From Anaerolinea sp. (GTDB taxonomy: Bacteria; Chloroflexota; Anaerolineae; Promineifilales; Promineifilaceae): a stretch of 64,000 nt of DNA. The notes below the pieces were generated by a model. That model made no database searches, had not been told where the DNA came from, and saw only the letters and a program-made list of their open reading frames with translations. Every line of letters starts with the position of its first letter. Within the stretch, counting starts at the first letter, position 1. Made by a program: the position numbers and the translations under genes. Below, in pieces: positions 16,795 to 23,959 of this stretch. Location of the stretch: positions 3,005 through 67,004 of the forward strand of contig JACSRF010000600.1 of the NCBI GenBank assembly GCA_014879875.1. Reading direction: 5' to 3'.

Positions 16795-17907
16795 TTAGGA
16801 ACCGCGTTCCTCAGCAGGAACGCGGTTCCTGGTCCTACGTAAATTCTGCATCAACTGCATCATAAAGCGCAAGTTGTGCAGCGTCGCCAGCCGTTGGTAG
16901 AGCGTATCACCCACCTTGTACAGGTGATGCAAATACCCCAACGTGTAATGCTGGCACGCCGGGCAGTCACAAAACTCAGAAATGGGGGCGTTGCGCTTGA
17001 TGTGTTTGTCGTCTTTGACATAGATGTAGCGGAAAAAGTCACCGTTCAGGTTGCCGCGCGTGGGGTCAACGGTGAAGGAGTATAAACGGCCGTGTCGCGC
17101 ATCCCGTGTTGGCATCGTACTATCAAACAACTCATACCCCATCTCCACACACGCCGCCACATTCGCCGGATGTCCTACCCCCAATGCATGAACCGTGAAC
17201 TGTGGCGGTATCAGTTCGCGCACCAGCCCCAGCATCTCCGTCAACAAATTCCCTTCCCCATCCAACGGCCAGCCGCCATAGCCATAGCCATCAAAGCCAA
17301 TTTCCAGCAGTTGTTCTGCGCATTGACGGCGCAACTCCGGCAAGCCACCGCCCTGTACGACGGCGACTAATTTCGGCATTTGTACGGCCGTCAGCCGTTT
17401 CTGCGCCGCCAGTTTCGTAAACTCCTCCTTGCAGCGCCGCGCCCAGGCCACCGTGCGCCCCACCGACTGCACCTGCTCCGCATAAGGTGCATCCACGTGC
17501 GTACAATCATCGAAACAAATCACCACGTCCGCGCCATAGCTCATTTGCAACTGCACGCTCTTCTCCGGCGTCAGGTTAAATTTATGTTCCTCAATGCGAA
17601 ACGTCGCCCCTTTATCTGTAATCGAGCCACTTTTGGAGTTTTGCCGCAGCAGCGAGTACACTTGGAAGCCGCCGGAGTCGGTAAAAATCGGCCCATGCCA
17701 ACCGGTCATGCGGTGCAGCCCGCCCAAAGCCTGGATGGTCGAAGACCCCGGTTTCTGCATCAAGTGGTACGCATTCATCTGCACCGCCTGGATGCCGCAA
17801 GTGCGCAAATCCTGCGCATCCACGCCGCGCACCACGCCTTGCGTGCCATCTGGCAAGAAGGCAGGTAGTTGGATGGAACCGTGTGGCAGTTGAAGTGTTG
17901 GTGTCAT
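16795..17907 (-). CDS. tgt: tRNA-guanine transglycosylase family protein (divergent)
   Basis: 370 aa. FTDSGGFQVYSL (catalytic Asp), LFDSTMPTRDARHG, and Zn site CDCPACQHYTLGYLHHL. Atypical features are PDGT instead of PVGT, GYGGWPLDGEG instead of GGLAVGE, and an extra ~12-aa insert before the Zn site. Confidence 0.8.
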   Translation of the reverse strand: MTPTLQLPHGSIQLPAFLPDGTQGVVRGVDAQDLRTCGIQAVQMNAYHLMQKPGSSTIQALGGLHRMTGWHGPIFTDSGGFQVYSLLRQNSKSGSITDKGATFRIEEHKFNLTPEKSVQLQMSYGADVVICFDDCTHVDAPYAEQVQSVGRTVAWARRCKEEFTKLAAQKRLTAVQMPKLVAVVQGGGLPELRRQCAEQLLEIGFDGYGYGGWPLDGEGNLLTEMLGLVRELIPPQFTVHALGVGHPANVAACVEMGYELFDSTMPTRDARHGRLYSFTVDPTRGNLNGDFFRYIYVKDDKHIKRNAPISEFCDCPACQHYTLGYLHHLYKVGDTLYQRLATLHNLRFMMQLMQNLRRTRNRVPAEERGS

Positions 17908-17923
17908 TTCTTAAATCCGTTGT

Positions 17924-17990
17924 CGGTAATCGGTAATCGGTTCACGGCTTACGGTTCACGGCTTACGGCTTACCGATTACGATTCACGTT
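17924..17990. repeat. heptamer-periodic repeat array filling the tgt/rsmF divergent spacer
   Basis: CGGTAAT CGGTAAT CGGTTCA CGGCTTA CGGTTCA CGGCTTA CGGCTTA CCGATTA CGATTCA CGTT, ending directly at the rsmF ATG (17991). Confidence 0.9.
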
Positions 17991-19370
17991 ATGTTGCAAA
18001 ATCCGCCACCGCCCGAATTTATGCAAAAAATGCGCCGCTTATTGGGCGCCGAATTCGCCGCTTTTGCCGCCAGCTATGAGCAGGAAGCGCGCATTGGGCT
18101 GCGGGTGAATACGCTGAAAATAGATGTGGCTGATTTTAGCAGCAAAGCCCCATTTACGCTTACGCCGGTAGGAGCTTATGAACCGGCCGGTTTCCACGTG
18201 GCGGATGAGGCAAAACCGGGCCGTCACCCTTACCATGCCGCCGGGCTGTATTACATGCAAGAACCGTCGGCGATGGCCGTGGCGGCGCTGCTCGACCCGC
18301 AGCCGGGGGAATGGGTGCTGGATTTGGCGGCCGCCCCTGGTGGTAAAGCCACCCACCTCATCGCCCGCATGAAAGACCAGGGCTTACTCGTCGCCAACGA
18401 CGTAGACCGAGGCCGCGCCCGCGACCTGGCGGAAAATCTGGAGCGGTGGGGCACGCGCAGCGTGCTGATTACCAATAACACACCGCAGCAGTTGGCGGCG
18501 CACTTTGGCCCCGTTTTTGACCGCGTGCTGCTGGACGCGCCTTGCTCCGGCGAGGGGATGTTCCGCAAGCAAGGGGGCTTTGCCTGGAGCGAGACGATGG
18601 TGTTGGCCTGTGCGCGGCGACAAACGGCGATTTTGGATACGGCCGTTTCCCTTCTGCGCCCTGGTGGCATTCTCGCCTACGCCACCTGCACCTTCTCCCC
18701 GGAAGAAGATGAGGGGGTGATCGGCCGTTTCCTGACCGATCATCCCGACTTCACCCTAATCAATCCGACTCATTTTGCTGGTTTTGCTCCCGGCCATCCT
18801 GACTGGCTGCCTGCTGGCGTGTATCTGCCCAATGAATTCCAACTGGCAAACACGATCCGCTTTTGGCCGCACCTCTTCGCCGGGGAGGGGCATTTTGTGG
18901 CGCTGCTGCAAAAAGAGGGGGATGGGCAGCCCTCCAGACCGGACAGGTCTGCAAAACCTGCCAGGTCTCCATTGTGGGCGGCATTTGCGCGGGAGACGCT
19001 GCGGATTGCGTTTGATGACGAGCGGATGGGGGTGGTAAACGGCCGTTTTCTCCACCTCTTCCCCCCTGCCGCGCCCGGCACAGCCGGGCTGTACGTGCTG
19101 CGTCATGGCCTACCCCTGGCCGAACTGGGCAAAAACCATCTCAAGCCAGATCATGCGCTGGCGTTGGCGTTAACGGCCGCCGCTGTGCAGCAGCACGTCA
19201 ACTTCGCCCCAGACGATCCGCAGCTAACCGCCTATCGCAACGGGCAAACACTCTCCAGCCCCGGCCCCAACGGCTGGACGCTGGTGACGGTAGACGGCTT
19301 CGGCCTGGGTTGGGCGAAGCGGGTGAATGGCGTGCTGAAGAACCATTATCCGCGCGGGCTGCGCCGGTGA
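17991..19370 (+). CDS. rsmF: 16S rRNA (cytosine1407-C5)-methyltransferase RsmF-like (NOL1/NOP2/Sun family)
   Basis: 459 aa. YMQEPSAM, DLAAAPGGKAT, DAPCSGEGMFRK, TCTFSPEEDE. The C-terminal domain ending GFGLGWAKRVNGVLKNHYPRGLRR resembles E. coli RsmF/YebU. Confidence 0.85.
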   Translation: MLQNPPPPEFMQKMRRLLGAEFAAFAASYEQEARIGLRVNTLKIDVADFSSKAPFTLTPVGAYEPAGFHVADEAKPGRHPYHAAGLYYMQEPSAMAVAALLDPQPGEWVLDLAAAPGGKATHLIARMKDQGLLVANDVDRGRARDLAENLERWGTRSVLITNNTPQQLAAHFGPVFDRVLLDAPCSGEGMFRKQGGFAWSETMVLACARRQTAILDTAVSLLRPGGILAYATCTFSPEEDEGVIGRFLTDHPDFTLINPTHFAGFAPGHPDWLPAGVYLPNEFQLANTIRFWPHLFAGEGHFVALLQKEGDGQPSRPDRSAKPARSPLWAAFARETLRIAFDDERMGVVNGRFLHLFPPAAPGTAGLYVLRHGLPLAELGKNHLKPDHALALALTAAAVQQHVNFAPDDPQLTAYRNGQTLSSPGPNGWTLVTVDGFGLGWAKRVNGVLKNHYPRGLRR

Positions 19371-19526
19371 GCGTCGGTCAGTTTACGGCTTACGGTTTAC
19401 GGCGTTGCCTCTTTATGCTATAGACCTTCAGATAATGTTTTGGTGTCCGAAGTCGAGGCTTTAGCCGAGAGTGAATCAAAATATTTTTCTGAACATCTAT
19501 AAATTCTTGCTGTGGAGGCGTCATCT

Positions 19527-20306
19527 ATGAAAGTGAAATCCGGTAGGACGGCCGAAAGTCACGCTGCCATCCAAGAACTTGTTGATTTTCTGGAACAGTT
19601 CGGCGAGATCGCAGAAGAACAGGAGAGCGTGTTCAGGGTCAACGGGCAGGAAACCATGCTCGTTCTGTTCAGTTCCTTCGCCTATTTCCAGCAAAAGGGA
19701 TAGTACATCCGCTTTGAAAACGATCAAGCATATTTGGGCGTCACCAAGGCGCACCAGCACCTGAACGTGACCGACGCCAGGCATCGCTTTGAGTCGCTCT
19801 GGCAGCGCCCAGACATCGCCGAAGAATACCAGGCGGAATCGCTCTACATCCCGGACAGCTTACCGGAGCCGGATCGGCGTATGGGGCAAGTGTTGCGTGT
19901 CGTGCGCGACACAAAGCAGAGCCGCTTTGTCAAAGAGCTTTATGAGTATCGTTGTCAGGTTTGCGGAATGGCAATTTATGCGCCCAAACTCAAAAGTGTC
20001 TGGTACTGTGAAGCGCACCATTTACAACCGCTGGGCCGCCGGTATAGTGGCCCAGACCATGCCAGCAACATTGTCGCCCTTTGTCCTAACCACCATAGCA
20101 TGATGGATTTGGGCGTGCTGGCGATTGATCCGATTAACCTGACCATTTTGGCGCGGCACAATGGCGAATCAACCCAGGATCGCCTGTTGACGCTGCGCAA
20201 GGAACATGGCCTCAATCAAAAATATTTGCAATTTCACCTCGACAAGATTTTTGCTGGTGGGGACGCTGCTGCCGAATCGCCTTTGGTCGCTGATTTCCTT
20301 TTGTAA
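19527..20306 (+). pseudogene. HNH endonuclease gene interrupted by an in-frame TAG (19701-19703)
   Basis: ORFs 19512..19703 and 19734..20306 are in the same frame, separated only by TAG. GGAGG at 19514-19518 precedes ATG 19527. The downstream part carries the HNH motif YCEAHHLQPL...NIVALCPNHHSMMD. Confidence 0.6.
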
Positions 20307-20329
20307 CGCCTCCCCTTTGACCTGGCGGT

Positions 20330-20806
20330 GTGACGATGATTACCATAGACATTCCCGGATACAAGCTGTTGCAACTGCGCCATCTGGTGTTGGACTACAA
20401 CGGCACGCTGGCGGTGGATGGCGCTTTGCTGCCCGGCGTGGCGGGTGCGCTGCATGTTTTGGCCGCCCACGTGCAAATTCACGTCCTCACGGCCGATACT
20501 TTCGGCACAACGCAGGCCGCCCTGGCCGATGCGCCCTGCATTGTGAACATTTTGCCGCCACAAGCGCAAGACAGCGCCAAGCGGGATTACGTGGTGGCGC
20601 TGGGGGCGGAGGGGTGCGTGGCGGTGGGCAACGGCCGTAACGATGCCCTCATGTTACAGGCCGCCGCACTCGGCATTGCCGTGCTGCAAGCGGAAGGCAC
20701 GGCCGTTGTCACCCTCACCGCCGCCGACGTTGTCACGCCCACCATTCTTGATGCGCTGGCGCTGCTGACCCAGCCGCGCCGCCTCATCGCCACTTTACGC
20801 GCCTAA
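20330..20806 (+). CDS. HAD-superfamily hydrolase (COG4087-like soluble P-type-ATPase-related phosphatase)
   Basis: 158 aa. LVLDYNGTLAVDG (DxxGT-type motif I) and GNGRNDALML (motif III). Confidence 0.75.
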   Translation: MTMITIDIPGYKLLQLRHLVLDYNGTLAVDGALLPGVAGALHVLAAHVQIHVLTADTFGTTQAALADAPCIVNILPPQAQDSAKRDYVVALGAEGCVAVGNGRNDALMLQAAALGIAVLQAEGTAVVTLTAADVVTPTILDALALLTQPRRLIATLRA

Positions 20807-20809
20807 CCG

Positions 20810-21364
20810 ATGACCCAACCACCTGAACCCACCCCACGCATTGTCTGGCACGGCCGTTCCTGGCGGCTGCGCGTCGAACCCTATCTCTTACCCGACGGTT
20901 GCATTCTTGAGCGCGGTTTCATCGAGCATCCGGGGTCTGTCGTCCTCGTGCCCGTGCGTGACACGCCAGCCGGTCCCGAAACGCTGATGCTGCGCCAATA
21001 TCGCGCCGCCCTGCGGGAAACGATCCTGGAACTGCCCGCCGGCACGCGCGGATGGGATGAAGATTGGCGCCAATGCGCCCAACGGGAATTGCAAGAAGAG
21101 ACGGGCTGCCGCGCCGACACCCTCATTCCTCTCGGCGAAATCTGGCCGGCTCCCGGCGTCTCGAATGAGAAGATGCAGCTTTACCTGGCGCTGGGGCTGC
21201 ACGATGACCCGCTGCCGCCCGACGCGGACGAGGAGATTGTCGTCCAGCCGATGCTGTTGGCGGAGTTGGTGCAAATGGCGCAAGACGGCCGTCTACAAGA
21301 CGCGAAAAGCGTCGTCGGCATCTGGCGCGCGGCTGCCCACCTTCAGAGCGTGTTTGCGAAGTAG
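20810..21364 (+). CDS. NUDIX hydrolase (ADP-ribose pyrophosphatase-like)
   Basis: 184 aa. Nudix box ELPAGTRGWDEDWRQCAQRELQEETGC. Starts 4 nt after the HAD gene. Confidence 0.85.
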   Translation: MTQPPEPTPRIVWHGRSWRLRVEPYLLPDGCILERGFIEHPGSVVLVPVRDTPAGPETLMLRQYRAALRETILELPAGTRGWDEDWRQCAQRELQEETGCRADTLIPLGEIWPAPGVSNEKMQLYLALGLHDDPLPPDADEEIVVQPMLLAELVQMAQDGRLQDAKSVVGIWRAAAHLQSVFAK

Positions 21365-21416
21365 TTACACGGGGAATGAGAGAGGATTTCTCTCTCATTC
21401 CCTGTGTAACTCTGTG

Positions 21417-23834
21417 TTACGTCCCGGACTCTTCTTCCTCCTCGTCATCCCCCTCATTGCCAAAGCGCTTCAAATCGTGCGCCAGATTAAAGAGGCGTTC
21501 CTGCACCGCATAATGCACCGTCCCTGGCGGGAAATCCCCCTCGGCGTCGCGCTGCCCGGCCGTCAGTCCGGTCAGGATTTCGATGCCCTCATCAATGGTC
21601 TGCACCGGCCAGATGGTGAACTGCCCGTTGGCAACGGCCGTAACCACCTCGTCCGCCAACATCAAATGGGGCACATTGCTGGCCGGAATAATAACCCCTT
21701 GGTCGCCGGTGAGTCCGCGCGCCTGGCACACCTTAAAAAAGCCCTCGATCTTTTCGTTGACGCCGCCAATCGGCTGCACCTCGCCCCGCTGATTGACCGA
21801 CCCGGTGACGGCTACCCCCTGGCGTACCGGCAGCCGCCCCAGGCTAGAGAGCAAAGCGTACAATTCGGCGCATGAGGCGCTGTCGCCCTCAATGCCACCG
21901 TAATTTTGCTCAAAGGTCAGGCTGGCCGACAGGGACAATGGCTGGTGCTGCGCATACGTGCCGCCCAGGTAGCCATTCAGCGTCAGCACCCCTTTTTGAT
22001 GAATGGGGCCGGACATGTCAATTTCCCGCTCGATATGCACCACGCCCGATTCCCCCATGAAGGTGCGCGCCGTAATGCGCCCTGGCTGCCCGAAGGCGTA
22101 TTCGCCGGTATCTATCACCGACAAGCCATTGACCTGGCCGATCACCATGCCGCTGGTGGCAATAAAAATGCTCCCTTCCAGGATTTGTTCTAGCACGACC
22201 TCTTCCAGGCGGTTGGCGCGGTAGGCGCGTTCGGCTAAAGCTTGTTTGACGTCGGCAGGGGTGACGGTGGTACGGCCGTTGACCCCCGCCCAATAACTCG
22301 CCTCGCGCACCAGGTCGGCCACGGCGCCAAAGCGTGTGCTTAATTTTTGCTGATACTCCGCCAGCCGCGACCCATATTCCACAACCTGGGCAACGGCCGC
22401 CGGGTCAAACGGGTGCAAACTTTCCTTCTGGCATTGGGTGGCAATAAATGTGGCATAGGCCAGCACTTGCTCGGCATTACGCGGCATGAGCGAATCAAAA
22501 TCGGCGCGCACCTTAAACAGTGTGCTGAAATCCTCATCTTGTTCATACAACATGTAATAAATGCCCGCATTGCCCATCAAAATGATTTTGATAGACAGCG
22601 GGATGGGTTCTGGGTCCAACGATTTTGCCAGCACCCGCTCCCCATCCATCGTTGCCACCGGCTGCACACGAATGTCTCCCCCCTTCAAGGCGCGCTTCAA
22701 GCCTTCCCAGGCGGCCATATCTTGCAGCAAATCGGCGGCGTCCATGATCAAGTAGCCCCCATTAGCGCGGTGCAGGCTGCCGCTTTTGATATTGGTAAAG
22801 TGGGTTAAAACAACACCAGACTGCATTTCATACTCAATACGCCCAAAAAGATTGTAGTAGGTTGGGTTCGGCTCAATAATCACCGGCACGCCTGTTGTGC
22901 GGCTGTGATCAACCAGGACGTTCACTTCATACCGCCGCAGGTCAATCTCCTGGTCGCTGTCATCCTCTGGCGGGGCAAAATCGTCAATCTGGTTGAGCAC
23001 GTCCTGATACACTTCGTTCAGGTAGAGCAGCACTTCGGGGTCATCTGGGTACAAATCCCGTATATGCTCAAAATGATGCTGAATGGCATTGGCGGTTACG
23101 TCGCGGTCAATTTGTTGAATTTGTTGGCGGGCGGCCGTTTCCAGTTGATGAATATGGTAGAGAACATCATCCAGTTCATCCGTCAATGCTTCTTGCTGTT
23201 TTTCTAGTTCACGTCGGGCGGCTACGTCCATCTCTTGCAAGGCAGGCAGCGTCAGCGGTTTGCCCTCTTGCACCGGCGTGACCATCAACCCCGATGGCGT
23301 GTTCATCAACCCAAATCCGGCCGCGGCCGCTTTGTGTTCAACCGTTTGCATGATTTCTGCCTGCTGCATTTGCAACGCTTCACGTATCTGGTCAATGGCT
23401 TCACGGTACGCATCTGTGTCAAATGCCTGGGGTAAATCATTGCTCAGGTTGGCGATCAAATTAAGCATTTGCGCCTGAAACGCGACGCCTTGCCCGGCCG
23501 GAAAGGCGATAGCGCGTGGTTGATGGGGCGTCGCAAAATTGTTGACGTAGAGCCAATCTAAGGGCACGGGCTGCGCGCGTGCGCGCTCTTGCAAAAAATG
23601 CTCAATGGTTGTGCCGCGCCCGGTACCAACAGGGCCAAGCACATAAATGTTGTACCCTTTGTTGGGGATGCTAATGCCAAATTCAATGGCGCGCGTGCCG
23701 CGTGGCTGCCCAATGATGGATGTGGATGGCTCTAACTCGGCCGTCGTGGCAAACGAAAACAGGCTCGTATCGCATGTGGCCCGCAGCTGCTGCGGTAATA
23801 AAGACTGCACAGGCATAAGTTTCTCCGATGTCAA
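21417..23834 (-). CDS. Lon-like AAA+ protease (COG1067/LonC-like, long helical insertion)
   Basis: 805 aa. Walker A VLGPVGTGRGT, a long coiled-coil insert, and a C-terminal Lon proteolytic domain with GDSASCAELYALLSSL. Confidence 0.85.
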   Translation of the reverse strand: MTSEKLMPVQSLLPQQLRATCDTSLFSFATTAELEPSTSIIGQPRGTRAIEFGISIPNKGYNIYVLGPVGTGRGTTIEHFLQERARAQPVPLDWLYVNNFATPHQPRAIAFPAGQGVAFQAQMLNLIANLSNDLPQAFDTDAYREAIDQIREALQMQQAEIMQTVEHKAAAAGFGLMNTPSGLMVTPVQEGKPLTLPALQEMDVAARRELEKQQEALTDELDDVLYHIHQLETAARQQIQQIDRDVTANAIQHHFEHIRDLYPDDPEVLLYLNEVYQDVLNQIDDFAPPEDDSDQEIDLRRYEVNVLVDHSRTTGVPVIIEPNPTYYNLFGRIEYEMQSGVVLTHFTNIKSGSLHRANGGYLIMDAADLLQDMAAWEGLKRALKGGDIRVQPVATMDGERVLAKSLDPEPIPLSIKIILMGNAGIYYMLYEQDEDFSTLFKVRADFDSLMPRNAEQVLAYATFIATQCQKESLHPFDPAAVAQVVEYGSRLAEYQQKLSTRFGAVADLVREASYWAGVNGRTTVTPADVKQALAERAYRANRLEEVVLEQILEGSIFIATSGMVIGQVNGLSVIDTGEYAFGQPGRITARTFMGESGVVHIEREIDMSGPIHQKGVLTLNGYLGGTYAQHQPLSLSASLTFEQNYGGIEGDSASCAELYALLSSLGRLPVRQGVAVTGSVNQRGEVQPIGGVNEKIEGFFKVCQARGLTGDQGVIIPASNVPHLMLADEVVTAVANGQFTIWPVQTIDEGIEILTGLTAGQRDAEGDFPPGTVHYAVQERLFNLAHDLKRFGNEGDDEEEEESGT

Positions 23835-23959
23835 AAGTATGAAATCTTACTCCCTGCTTTCGCAGAGAGCAACAAACAAGCAGTTGATCAATGAAAGTGG
23901 TTTCCATACACCCTGTTGTTCTTTTCCGCTTCATCTGCCTGTCAGGTATAATCAGGGTC

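Noticed and set aside
16795-17907. Tgt homologue as DpdA of a 7-deazaguanine DNA-modification (Dpd) system
   Set aside because: No DpdB/DpdC, helicase or preQ0-synthesis genes are adjacent. The Zn site and the MPTRxARxG motif look tRNA-Tgt-like. Retained only as a divergent tgt.
19701-19703. In-frame TAG in the HNH gene as pyrrolysine or programmed read-through
   Set aside because: Nothing in the window indicates Pyl machinery, and the context is a likely decaying accessory gene. Pseudogenisation or a sequencing error is more parsimonious.
21417-23834. Lon-like protease as BrxL of a BREX defence system
   Set aside because: No PglX/PglZ/BrxA-C genes are nearby. The architecture (long helical insert, 805 aa) fits the common COG1067/LonC-like housekeeping family. 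The neighbours are NUDIX and ABC-F genes.
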